DNA from: Candidatus Heimdallarchaeota archaeon B3_Heim
Lineage (GTDB): Archaea > Asgardarchaeota > Heimdallarchaeia > Hodarchaeales > Hodarchaeaceae
NCBI GenBank assembly: GCA_003144275.1
Contig: NJBF01000022.1
Span: forward strand, 1-32,000
Direction: 5' to 3'
Length of the DNA stretch: 32,000 bases
This document shows, in pieces, positions 8,245 to 17,785 of this stretch. Made by a program: the position numbers and the translations under genes. Numbering within the stretch: position 1 is the stretch's first letter; the number at the start of each line of letters is the position of its first letter. The notes under the pieces are model-generated. The model was not told the DNA's origin and ran no database searches. It worked only from the letters and a program-made list of their open reading frames with translations.

Positions 8245-8973
8245 ATGGAATTAAATGATCTATATCAGTTACTATCCATATCCTATAATCGGATCGATCC
8301 ACATCACGAGACTTGGATGCTATGGCTCAAGAAAAAGTCAGAAGAAGAATTATTCGAAGTAGCAATTGGAACCATTCTTGTCCAAAATACAAATTGGCTA
8401 AATGTGGATTTAGCAATTTCAAATCTCTTTAAGCATAATATTACTTCTTTTAAGCGTCTCAAGGCTGTTAAATGTGCACAACTTGAGGTGTTAATACGAC
8501 CAGCAGGATTCTATAAGCAAAAAGCACGGTCTCTATATTCATTAGCTGAGATTTTTCTTGATTATTCCAAAGGATCAAAAACCCCATCTAGAAATGCTTT
8601 GTTGCGAATAAAGGGAGTTGGGAAGGAAACAGCTGATTCTTTAAGAGTATACTGCTTTTATGATGCAGTACCAATTGTTGGAACTTATACAAGGAGACTT
8701 TTTGCCAGGATGTTTGGTAAGGTCAATTACTTGAAAGAAAAATATGAAAATATTCAGGAAATAATCTCTAACTCTCTCGACCAAGATTACTACGTATTAG
8801 GGAAATTTCATGCCTTAATTGTCAGTCACTGTCAACAATTCTGTCAGAAAATTCTTCCTCTTTGTGAGCAATGCCCGTTAGAAAGTCAGTGTATTTATGG
8901 ACAGTACCACCAAACACAACCTGAACTCATACAAATCCAAAATACCATTAATAAGCCAAAAAGTGTGAAATGA
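8245..8973 (+). CDS. Endonuclease III-related HhH-GPD protein (COG2231-like) with 4Fe-4S motif
   Basis: AILVQNT-like GTILVQNTNW, HhH LLRIKGVGKETADS and C-x6-C-x2-C-x5-C (CQKILPLCEQCPLESQC). ATG 8245 is preferred over the track start at 8188. Confidence 0.85.
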   Translation: MELNDLYQLLSISYNRIDPHHETWMLWLKKKSEEELFEVAIGTILVQNTNWLNVDLAISNLFKHNITSFKRLKAVKCAQLEVLIRPAGFYKQKARSLYSLAEIFLDYSKGSKTPSRNALLRIKGVGKETADSLRVYCFYDAVPIVGTYTRRLFARMFGKVNYLKEKYENIQEIISNSLDQDYYVLGKFHALIVSHCQQFCQKILPLCEQCPLESQCIYGQYHQTQPELIQIQNTINKPKSVK

Positions 8974-8985
8974 ATCTGAAAACAA

Positions 8986-9528
8986 CTAGCTATTCAGGTT
9001 ATTCCATTCTTTCTTCGTGATATCAAGTAAAAAGATGTCAATATACTTTCCATCTCGAAAGAGAGCTTCCCGACGGACTCCAGTTTTTCTAAAGCCATTT
9101 TTTTCATAACAACGTTGAGCTCGTGGATTATTAGAGAATACCTCCAATTCTGCTGAATGTAAATTTAATGTAGTAAATGAATAATCAAGAATTAACCCGA
9201 TAGCCTCTGTTCCATGTCCTTTGCTCCAATAGTTAGGATTAAATATAGATATTCCCACGTTGCCACGCCGACTTATTTTATCAAGAATTCTTACCTCAAT
9301 ATTTCCGATATAAAGATCAGTTTCGACAAGACATACTCCAAATACATAGGAATTGCCATTTTTTCTCTCGATCCACGTATTCCGAATCCATTGTTCTTCT
9401 TCTTGGATCGATTGGGGTGCGATTATATTTAAAAATTGTTTTAACTCCCGATTGTTCCAGTGTTTCATGAGTTCAGGTACATCGGAAAGTTCTAAGCCAC
9501 GTAAGTAGATATTCTGACCAAATAACAT
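8986..9528 (-). CDS. RimJ/RimL-family GNAT acetyltransferase
   Basis: IYLRGLE, GISIFNPNYWSKGHGTEA and NNPRAQRCYEKNGF...GVRRE. Confidence 0.9.
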   Translation of the reverse strand: MLFGQNIYLRGLELSDVPELMKHWNNRELKQFLNIIAPQSIQEEEQWIRNTWIERKNGNSYVFGVCLVETDLYIGNIEVRILDKISRRGNVGISIFNPNYWSKGHGTEAIGLILDYSFTTLNLHSAELEVFSNNPRAQRCYEKNGFRKTGVRREALFRDGKYIDIFLLDITKKEWNNLNS

Positions 9529-9611
9529 AATAAGGAAGACTTTCTCATATATTTTTAAACAAAACTAATTTGGTTTAGCTCTCTGAATTCTGTATTTTAT
9601 AGGGATTAGCG

Positions 9612-10067
9612 ATGAATTTACAAGAATTTATAAGAGAAAATGGATTACAAGCCTCATTAATTACCGTGGATGCCTCAACGCGAACAGTAGAAGAAACTTG
9701 TAAGGTACTTAGATGCAGTAGTGAAGAGATAATAAAGTCAATTGTCGTTATAGATTCATCTAATATGGTTTATTTAGTTATTCTGCAAGGAAATAGGAAA
9801 ATTAAAACATCAAAATTGAAAAAACTATTACTTGTTAAAGATATCAAGTTAGCCTCACCTAAAGAAGTTAAAAAACATACAGGTTATTCTGTTGGGGATG
9901 TTCCTCCGATTAGCCTTGGATTACCTGCAATCCTTGATGAACTTGTCTTAAATCAACAAAAGGTATATGGAGGAGGTGGAGAGTTAGGCCAAAATTTGTT
10001 TATGTCCGTTGAGGAGCTAATAGATTGTACACATCCATTAATTGCAGATATATCAGGTTCTTTATAA
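9612..10067 (+). CDS. YbaK/EbsC aminoacyl-tRNA deacylase (trans-editing) family protein
   Basis: IIKSIVV (conserved Lys), LASPKEVKKHTGYSVGDVPP and VYGGGG. Confidence 0.85.
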   Translation: MNLQEFIRENGLQASLITVDASTRTVEETCKVLRCSSEEIIKSIVVIDSSNMVYLVILQGNRKIKTSKLKKLLLVKDIKLASPKEVKKHTGYSVGDVPPISLGLPAILDELVLNQQKVYGGGGELGQNLFMSVEELIDCTHPLIADISGSL

Positions 10068-11093
10068 TTCTTTATACTCCCTTGCTCTACGAATACCCAT
10101 ATGCGTTAAATTGTTGATAACTTGGTGAAATTCAAGCGATTTAAGACGTTGTCGCTCTTCTAAAATTGCTAATTCGACAAAATATGACTTCATTGCCGGA
10201 ATGAGGTCTTCTTTGATGTGCTTGGGTACTTTTTTCCATTGACGGATGAAACGTTGGAGTTTTAAAAGTCGTTGAGGGTTATTAATTACAAAAATATTAT
10301 TTGTTGTCGTTATAAACTCCATACCCAATGAGGCATCATAGCCAAAAACAAGACGAGATGGATATGCAGAAAAAAGAAGATTACAGTACGCAGCGGTTAC
10401 AGAGGAAAATGCACTAATTAAAGCCCCATCTATTGGAGGTTCATGTTCAAGATAAACTTGAGCGCCTGTGCTAGAATGTACTACTCCCCAAGGAGAAGTC
10501 TGGGGAAAATTAGAATAGTGAGAGTAAGATTCGAATAAGTTTTTTAACAGTGCATGGAAAAAGAGGAGTTCTTCGACTGAAAGAGCTGAAAATGAACATT
10601 CTCCATTCCCCACAGTTACTTTTTTATTAAAAGTTACAGCAGTTACAGCTTCTTGGAAGATTTCATCAACAATGGAAGGTTCTAGAGTACTCCCCTCTGA
10701 AAAGAATTTTGAGTAAGTTACAGCAGCTGAACCAGCTAAAATACTCCTAATATTATCAAAATCTTGAGATTGATCATCATCCACAGTAATCTTGCTCATA
10801 AGTCTTGTAGTAACTAGAGGATCAGAAATAACAATATTATATTCTCGATGTAAGTCAATGATCATAATTTCTCGAGCATGGCTAGGATGAGGAGTAGCAT
10901 ACCGTAATCGAATTGTGCCTATTGATTGATCCTTCCCCCAAATTTCATGACCGAGTTTAGATAATGCTGTGATAAAATCAAGTGTCATTTCTTGCTTTTC
11001 TTGGTTGATATCACCGAAGGACCACATTATACGATTGTCTGAAGTCATTAAAGCCCAATTATTAAGATATAGTCGTCGTTGGTCTGATTCCAC
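10062..11093 (-). CDS. Hypothetical protein with two predicted longin/roadblock-like domains
   Basis: Two segments show a beta-beta-alpha-beta-beta-beta pattern: WALMTSDNRIMWSF...LDFITALSKLGHEIWG...IGTIRL...IMII...IVISD and WGVVHSSTGAQVYL...LISAFSSVTAAYCNLLFS...LVF...MEFI...IFVINN. The CDS is well supported; the fold call is inferred. Confidence 0.55.
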   Translation of the reverse strand: MESDQRRLYLNNWALMTSDNRIMWSFGDINQEKQEMTLDFITALSKLGHEIWGKDQSIGTIRLRYATPHPSHAREIMIIDLHREYNIVISDPLVTTRLMSKITVDDDQSQDFDNIRSILAGSAAVTYSKFFSEGSTLEPSIVDEIFQEAVTAVTFNKKVTVGNGECSFSALSVEELLFFHALLKNLFESYSHYSNFPQTSPWGVVHSSTGAQVYLEHEPPIDGALISAFSSVTAAYCNLLFSAYPSRLVFGYDASLGMEFITTTNNIFVINNPQRLLKLQRFIRQWKKVPKHIKEDLIPAMKSYFVELAILEERQRLKSLEFHQVINNLTHMGIRRAREYKEL

Positions 11094-11249
11094 TTTGTTA
11101 ATTACTCCGATTCTAGCTCAAAATAAAATTGTAAGTGATATTTGTCTGAGTCTAGGTATCGCACTAAAAAAGTTTTGTGAATTTGAATTCGAGGTCGTCG
11201 ACCGATTTTCTTTTTAACAGGTGTAATTTTTTCTCAGTATGTTGCGAAA

Positions 11250-12611
11250 GTGGGTATAATGGTGAATACTGAAGTCTTAGTGGTTGGTGGGGGCCCTGCA
11301 GGAGTGCTTTCAGCATTAACTGCAGCAAAAAACGGGCATAGCGTAATCTTAGTAGATGCTAAATCATATACAGAAATTGGGAATAAAACTTGTGGGGATG
11401 CGATCAATCTTGGCCCCTTGAAATTGCTAGACAAGGAATTAGGTATTCAATTACCCCATGGAGAAGAAGTGGCTGAGAGTGTAGAATCATTAGTCTTCCA
11501 GACAGAACGGGTAACATTTCCCTTGTCTGGTCCTGGATTCGTACTCAATCGGCATCCGTACGGGCAACGCCTGTTAAAAATTGCAGTAGAGAGTGGAGTA
11601 GAAGTACGGGCTGATACCAAAGCTATTAGAGCAATAGTTGATGAAACTGGTGTAAAAGGTGCAATCGTCCAAGAGAAAGGGAGCAAAGAATCTTATGAAA
11701 TTCATGCGTTCATCACTATTGATTGTAGCGGTAGAAATTACCAAATAAGAAAAACGATTCCTACCGAGTTATTTCCTAATTTAGAAAAGAAAATGGAGAA
11801 GAGAGATGTAGCTGCCTCATATAGGGAAATTATTCGACTTAAAGAAGATCATCCGTATGATAATAAGATATTACTAATATATGACAGTATAATTCCTGAG
11901 CCAGGATATTTTTGGATCTTTAGCAAAGGAAAAAAAAGACTTAACATAGGTATTGGGTGGTACCTTGATATGTCCGTTGAAAAAGGAATGAAAGAGCTTT
12001 TTAGGGAAGTCCTTCACAAATATTATCCACAAGGAACGTATGAAGTGGAAGATAAAGGAGGGTATACTATTCCTACGCGCTATCCTTTAATGAATGCGGT
12101 TGCTCCTGGTTTTATAGCCGCTGGTGATAGTGCTTTTCATGTGAACCCTTTTTCAGCGGAAGGTCATGGGCCAGCTCTTTCTGCTGGATATTATGCAGGG
12201 AAAATCTCCTCCGAGGCTTTAAAGGTAAAAGATGCGAGTGAACAACAATTATGGGGATATAACACGGCAGTAATGAAAGATTTCGGCCTATCGCATACCA
12301 AATTACAGTTGTTCACAGAGGCTTTGCGTAAAGTTAAAACTCCTGGACTAGAATACCTTTTTAAGCGCAATATCCTCACTCAGGATCAGTTTATGGCCCT
12401 ACACAGTGGAAAAGGTTTAGGAAAGAGTGAAATATTTAAAATCATACTGAAAGGGTTTCCACGTTATGACCTCTTGCTCAATCTCTATAAAATCGCTAAA
12501 GGGATACAAAAATTCAATAGACTCTTTGATAGATATCCCAGCACTCCCCAGGAATTTCCTGATTGGGAAAATGAATTTCTGTTAATCATGAACAATATAA
12601 GAAATTGGTGA
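11250..12611 (+). CDS. Geranylgeranyl reductase family FAD-dependent oxidoreductase (DGGGPL reductase-like)
   Basis: VVGGGPAG, KTCGDAI, PGYFWIF and GDSAFHVNPFSAEG. The start may be ATG 11259. Confidence 0.88.
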   Translation: MGIMVNTEVLVVGGGPAGVLSALTAAKNGHSVILVDAKSYTEIGNKTCGDAINLGPLKLLDKELGIQLPHGEEVAESVESLVFQTERVTFPLSGPGFVLNRHPYGQRLLKIAVESGVEVRADTKAIRAIVDETGVKGAIVQEKGSKESYEIHAFITIDCSGRNYQIRKTIPTELFPNLEKKMEKRDVAASYREIIRLKEDHPYDNKILLIYDSIIPEPGYFWIFSKGKKRLNIGIGWYLDMSVEKGMKELFREVLHKYYPQGTYEVEDKGGYTIPTRYPLMNAVAPGFIAAGDSAFHVNPFSAEGHGPALSAGYYAGKISSEALKVKDASEQQLWGYNTAVMKDFGLSHTKLQLFTEALRKVKTPGLEYLFKRNILTQDQFMALHSGKGLGKSEIFKIILKGFPRYDLLLNLYKIAKGIQKFNRLFDRYPSTPQEFPDWENEFLLIMNNIRNW

Positions 12612-12647
12612 CTTCTTAAAGTCAACCGATATGCAAATAAAAGATAA

Positions 12648-12665
12648 GCTTAGAATAATCTAAGC
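12648..12665. terminator. Hairpin GCTTAGA-ATAA-TCTAAGC downstream of the reductase gene
   Basis: Perfect 7-bp stem 36 nt after the stop, between convergent reading frames. Confidence 0.3.
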
Positions 12666-12794
12666 ACATCGCATATTGATAGGAACGTACAGTTCTGGTT
12701 TCTTAGGTCGATTACTATTTACTGATCTAAAGAGGGAATTGAAAACTGCACTAAAACTGGCGGCTTCATTGAATTTTTCGTTTATTTTTGCCAT
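12660..12794 (-). CDS. Candidate 44-aa small protein (MAKINEKFNEAASFSAVFNSLFRSVNSNRPKKPELYVPINMRCA)
   Basis: Translated by hand. ATG preceded by AGAAGGT; fills an otherwise empty gap. No family recognised. Confidence 0.25.
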   Translation of the reverse strand: MAKINEKFNEAASFSAVFNSLFRSVNSNRPKKPELYVPINMRCA

Positions 12795-13095
12795 ATTTAA
12801 TACCTTCTATTGTTATTTTGTATCTAAAGCGCTATTGTCGAAGAACTGCCTATTTCAGCATCATTATACTGAGGAACTTCCGCTTCACGTCTAATGCTTT
12901 AGACTATGATATTTAATATTCCATTGAAGGAATAAAATTCTTCAGACACTTGTTTTAACAAATATATTGCAAGTAAGTAATCTATCGATCTATTTATATG
13001 TCTTTAGACAGGATTTATGGCATGACGAAATTCTTCAGTTTATATACATCATGGACAGGTAATCAAGAACCGTGATCCTTACCGAACAGTAAATG

Positions 13096-14229
13096 TTAAT
13101 CTTTTCCAAGTACCTGAGGAAATCGTAGTATTATTTTCGTTCCTTTTGTCCAATCTTCCTTTACTCTGTTTAAGTAGAATATTTGTCCTCCAAACATCTC
13201 TACTAAGGATTTAATGATAGTCACACCGAGGCCTGTCGATCCTTTTGAGGATATCCAACCATGATTAATCCTCTTCGCCCTATCGAATAATACTTCTTTA
13301 ATCTCGGGAGGTATACCTTTCCCATAATCTACAATTTCAATTTGAATAAATTCTTGATCTTGAAGATAGTTCGTTATTTGTACTTTTATCCCTACCGTTT
13401 GGCTAGGAGTGAATTTCACCGCATTAGTGAGTATATTGAGAAAGATTTCTGCGAGTAGTATATTGGCCCAGATGATAGCAGTATGGTCCGAAACTTTCAC
13501 ATCGATTACTGTATCTAAGGTTTTTTCTGGAAACATAGAGGAAATTTCAGCTATACAATTATCCAGAATTGGAATTACGTCTAGTTGCTCCAAATTAGTT
13601 AATGGATCCTCAAGCCTGCTGAAATCTCGTAATTCTTCTAAAATGGAAATGGTATGCGATGTGTTCGACTGTGCAATATCTAAAAATCGTTTATCTCCCT
13701 CTTTGAATGTTTTGCTTAATTTAAGGCTTTCTAAAGCCATATTTATGATATTCAAATAATTAGGGATATCGTGTCTGACAATATTCAATACTAGAGAATC
13801 TTTGGATTGCAGAGAATCATAAAGTTGTCTTTGATGTTTTTCTGCGGTAATATTCTGAATGAGTTCGATAACTGCAACTTTTCCCTCATATATAATGGGA
13901 AGGGCGATTACTCGATACCATTTTCCATCAATAAGACTTCGATCTTCCTTTATGTGGGGAGTCATTGTTTCAATACTATTCATAGCGGTACAATGGGGAC
14001 AAGGATAGTCCCTTCCAAAATTAACTTTGTAACATTTTTGACCAATCATTTTACCGCGGAGTTTAGTAGTTTGAGAATCTTCCCACAGTATTTGATTGTC
14101 GATATCTTTTAATTGAACGATATATCCTGAGGGGATGAAAACTAACTTCGTTAAACGTTTTACGTCGTCGATCGTGAGAATCTCTGATTCATCGAGTAAG
14201 TTAATTGGATTATTTTGAGTCATATCCAT
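13096..14229 (-). CDS. PAS-domain sensor histidine kinase (cytoplasmic)
   Basis: N-terminal PAS-like region with KCYKVNFGRDYPCPHC, H-box IVRHDIPNYL, N-box NILTNAVKF, G1 DYGKGIP and G2 GSTGLG. No TM segment is evident. Confidence 0.9.
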   Translation of the reverse strand: MDMTQNNPINLLDESEILTIDDVKRLTKLVFIPSGYIVQLKDIDNQILWEDSQTTKLRGKMIGQKCYKVNFGRDYPCPHCTAMNSIETMTPHIKEDRSLIDGKWYRVIALPIIYEGKVAVIELIQNITAEKHQRQLYDSLQSKDSLVLNIVRHDIPNYLNIINMALESLKLSKTFKEGDKRFLDIAQSNTSHTISILEELRDFSRLEDPLTNLEQLDVIPILDNCIAEISSMFPEKTLDTVIDVKVSDHTAIIWANILLAEIFLNILTNAVKFTPSQTVGIKVQITNYLQDQEFIQIEIVDYGKGIPPEIKEVLFDRAKRINHGWISSKGSTGLGVTIIKSLVEMFGGQIFYLNRVKEDWTKGTKIILRFPQVLGKD

Positions 14230-14270
14230 GCAGACCTAGTTTGCAGTTACTAATAATAATTACTAGATCA

Positions 14271-14296
14271 TTTCATAAAAACACTTGGTTATGAAA
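14271..14296. promoter_or_regulatory. Inverted repeat TTTCATAA-N10-TTATGAAA between uvrA and the kinase gene
   Basis: Perfect 8-bp arms but AT-rich. Could be a terminator or an operator. Confidence 0.25.
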
Positions 14297-14359
14297 AGAA
14301 CTAAACACTAGAGGAGCAGCTGTGGATAGAATTTAATCAGTGAATGAGATTGTAAAATT

Positions 14360-17260
14360 CTATTCCGTGGTTTCAATTGGATTAGTTCTATGGGAAGTGC
14401 TCGCTGAATATAATTCAAGAATATCTCGTAAAAATAACCCAGTTGGACAGTCTATTTGAGATATTTTCTCAGGAGTTCCAATTGCAAGGACTAACCCGCC
14501 CTTCTCACCCCCTTCGGGGCCTAACTCAATGATCCAATCACAAGTCTTGATCACATCAAGGTTGTGTTCAATGACTACTACTGTATTACCTTCTTTGACA
14601 AGTCGCTGTAGAACAGTAAGTAGAAATGAAATATCGTGTGTTGAGAGACCAGTAGTGGGTTCGTCTAGAATGTAAAATGTCTTTCCTGTCGATTTCTTTG
14701 ATAATTCCTTGGCTAATTTGACACGTTGTGCTTCACCACCTGATAAGGTAGTCGCTGCTTGGCCAATTTGGATATACCCAAGACCAACATCAACAATTGT
14801 TTGTAACTTCTTTTTAATGGGGGGAATATTTGCGAAGAATTCCAGTCCTTCCTCAACAGTCAGAACAAGAATATCAGAGATATTCTTACCTTTGTAACGA
14901 ATCTCAAGAGTTTCTGAGTTGTATCTTTTTCCCTTACAGTCTTCACACGTAATCCAGACATCAGGTAAAAAAGACAATTCTATCTTAATTTGCCCTCCTC
15001 CATGACAGGTTTCACACCTACCACCTTTGACATTAAAAGAAAAGCGGCCTGGCTTATACCCTCGTAATTTAGCTTCCTTTATTTGAGAAAATAGCTGTCG
15101 GATATGATCCCATACACCCGTATATGTAGCTGGATTACTCCTTGGAGTTCTTCCGATAGGACTCTGATCAATATTTATGACTTTATCAACATTTTCGAGC
15201 CCTACAAACTTTTTGTGGATACCTACTCTTCCTTTTGATCCATGTAAGTATTTCATCATTCCTTTATACAAGGTATCGTTCATCAACGTCGATTTTCCTG
15301 AACCTGATACACCTGTAAGACAAATAAATCTTCCAAGAGGAAATTCGACCGTAATATTCTTCAAATTGTTTTCTTTGGCACCAACAATTTTTATTTTATT
15401 TCCATTTCCATTTATTCGGCTTTTAGGAATTTGAATGACCTTTTTTCCAGACAAGTATGCTCCTGTATATGATTCTGGAGTGTTCATAATAACTTCTGGT
15501 GTCCCTTGAGCCACAAGAGTGCCACCATGAATACCTGGACCAGGCCCAAGATCTATAACATGATCAGCTGACAGAATTGTTTGATGATCATGTTCAACCG
15601 CAATAACAGTATTTCCAATTGCCCGTAAATTCTTTAAAGACAGTAGTAATTTGTCTTGATCTCTCGCATGAAGACCAATTGAAGGCTCGTCCAAAACATA
15701 GGTAACTCCTACAAGTGCTGAGCCAATTTGAGTTGCTAATCGTATACGCTGGGATTCTCCACCTGAGAGTGTCATTGATGCTCGGTCTAAGGTTAAATAC
15801 GGCAAGCCGACGGAAATCAGAAATTTTAATCGACTTTCAATTTCTCTTAAGATATTATAGGCAATCTTTTGGTGGGTTTTAGACAAACCTTTCCTTGTTT
15901 CCGCAATCCAATTCAAACATTGCTCAATCGTAGTATTACTAATGTCTACAATAGTTTTATCGTTAATAGTGACTGCGAGACTGGAAGGTTTAAGACGTTT
16001 CCCTTGACACGTTTCACAAAGATCCTTTCGCATAAAACTCTCATAATATCTCCGAGAATAATCAGATTTAGTTTCCCGATACCGACGGTATAAAGTATTT
16101 ACAATACCTTCGTGATGATGTTGTTTTGATTCCCAGCGGCTTTTTTCAGATTCAAAAACTACACTAATATTCTCCGAAGAACCATGGAGAAGACGGTTAA
16201 TTACTTCTTCAGAAAGATCCTTCAAAGGAGTATCGACTGAAAAATCATCCCAAGCCTTATCAAGAGCGGTATAATAAGAGTATCTCCATGTTCCTGGTTC
16301 CAGTTGTTTATCCATAACACCTCCGTTGCGGAAGGTTAGGTCATAATTGGTGATGATCAGGTCAGGATCGATTTTAAGAGTTTTACCCAATCCCTGACAG
16401 TCTGGACAACTTCCCCACGGGGAGTTAAAGCTAAAATTTCTTGGTTTCAACTCTTCAAAGGATAATGAACAATCTGCACAAGCATAATTTTCTGAGAATA
16501 AGTTATCGGACTCAGTTTTTGTACCATTTTCAATCTTTGTGACGAGGATAATACCCTCGCCCAGCGCTAAAGCTTGTTCAATCGCCTCGATAAGACGTGA
16601 TTTCGCAAGGTGTGCATTAATCACCAATCGATCAATAATGACCTCGATTGTGTGAATTTTATACCGATCTAATTTAGGTGGATCGGTGAGTTCATATTCC
16701 TCATTGTCTACACGCACTCGCGCATATCCCATTTCCGTCAGACGATCCCACTGCGTGTGGTGAGTTCCTTTCTTCCCTCGAATTATTGGTGCTAATATTT
16801 TGATTCGGGTTCCTTCTTCCCATGAACGAATTGCTCTGGTAATAGATTGAGGGGTTTGAATCTTTAACTCTTTACCACAAGATGTACAATGAGGGATTCC
16901 AACATTTGCATAAAGAAGGCGAAGATAATCATAAATTTCTGTTTGAGTTCCAACTGTCGAACGAGGATTTTTACTTGTCGTTTTCTGTTCAATACTAACC
17001 GCGGGGCTTAATCCTTCAATGAGGTCAACATCAGGTTTTTGCATTCTTCCAAGAAATTGTCGTGCATAGGCAGATAAAGATTCTACATATCGTCTCTGTC
17101 CTTCTGCGAAAATTACATCAAAAGCTAAGCTTGATTTTCCACTCCCAGAAACGCCTGTTATGACTACTAGCTTATTATGAGGGATATCTACCGATAGGTT
17201 ACGGAGATTGTGAACACGAGCATTTTGAACAGAAATTACCTCTTTCTTACTGGAAACCAT
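14360..17260 (-). CDS. uvrA: Excinuclease ABC subunit A
   Basis: GVSGSGKSSLAFDVIFAEGQRRYVESLS, two ABC ATPase modules (LSGGESQRIRLATQIG and LSGGEAQRVKLAKEL) and Zn-finger CxxC pairs. Confidence 0.97.
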   Translation of the reverse strand: MVSSKKEVISVQNARVHNLRNLSVDIPHNKLVVITGVSGSGKSSLAFDVIFAEGQRRYVESLSAYARQFLGRMQKPDVDLIEGLSPAVSIEQKTTSKNPRSTVGTQTEIYDYLRLLYANVGIPHCTSCGKELKIQTPQSITRAIRSWEEGTRIKILAPIIRGKKGTHHTQWDRLTEMGYARVRVDNEEYELTDPPKLDRYKIHTIEVIIDRLVINAHLAKSRLIEAIEQALALGEGIILVTKIENGTKTESDNLFSENYACADCSLSFEELKPRNFSFNSPWGSCPDCQGLGKTLKIDPDLIITNYDLTFRNGGVMDKQLEPGTWRYSYYTALDKAWDDFSVDTPLKDLSEEVINRLLHGSSENISVVFESEKSRWESKQHHHEGIVNTLYRRYRETKSDYSRRYYESFMRKDLCETCQGKRLKPSSLAVTINDKTIVDISNTTIEQCLNWIAETRKGLSKTHQKIAYNILREIESRLKFLISVGLPYLTLDRASMTLSGGESQRIRLATQIGSALVGVTYVLDEPSIGLHARDQDKLLLSLKNLRAIGNTVIAVEHDHQTILSADHVIDLGPGPGIHGGTLVAQGTPEVIMNTPESYTGAYLSGKKVIQIPKSRINGNGNKIKIVGAKENNLKNITVEFPLGRFICLTGVSGSGKSTLMNDTLYKGMMKYLHGSKGRVGIHKKFVGLENVDKVINIDQSPIGRTPRSNPATYTGVWDHIRQLFSQIKEAKLRGYKPGRFSFNVKGGRCETCHGGGQIKIELSFLPDVWITCEDCKGKRYNSETLEIRYKGKNISDILVLTVEEGLEFFANIPPIKKKLQTIVDVGLGYIQIGQAATTLSGGEAQRVKLAKELSKKSTGKTFYILDEPTTGLSTHDISFLLTVLQRLVKEGNTVVVIEHNLDVIKTCDWIIELGPEGGEKGGLVLAIGTPEKISQIDCPTGLFLRDILELYSASTSHRTNPIETTE

Positions 17261-17785
17261 TATAAGTACTCTTCGTGAATAGCATATTTATATACATAGA
17301 ATCTGGCAAACGGTTTAGGAAATAGAAATAGACCTAGTATTCACTATGCTCTTCCTTGTACTCTTCCTTTATCCTAGAACCAACGAGAAATTACTATTGC
17401 CATTTTGCAGTAGTTTGACGTTGGTATGAAGAGGTCAATCTAGAAATAAAAAAGTCTTGTAGACGGATATCAAATTAATCTACCCCCATTTATCTTCCCA
17501 GTTCTTAACCTATATCCAGTCTTTTAACATTTAATTTCTCCTAAGAAGAGAAGTTCCTTTGGTTTTACTAAGAATAAAATTTCTGTTCTCATCAGTTATT
17601 TAAGCATAAATTCGTTACTAAAGACCTGTCTGGACGTTTTGTTCCGTACCCTTAATCTAAATCCGCTTTTTATGCTAGATTACCTACCTATCTTCAATAT
17701 CTAATCCTAAAAGTTTAAGAATTCCTCACAAGTCGCTCAATGAAATTATTTTGAAAATGAATTTAAGATCAGGACGAAAAATAAG

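Noticed and set aside
8058-8246. 62-aa minus-strand ORF, and the 8188 start of the Nth-like ORF
   Set aside because: No recognisable motif, and both overlap the hairpin-rich segment. The homology-like sequence begins at MELNDLY (8245).
17261-17785. 525-nt non-coding gap between uvrA and the acylase gene
   Set aside because: Only very short ORFs and short AT-rich repeats were found, with no convincing stable structure. It is consistent with divergent promoters (TATA-like TTTATATA near 17287-17294).
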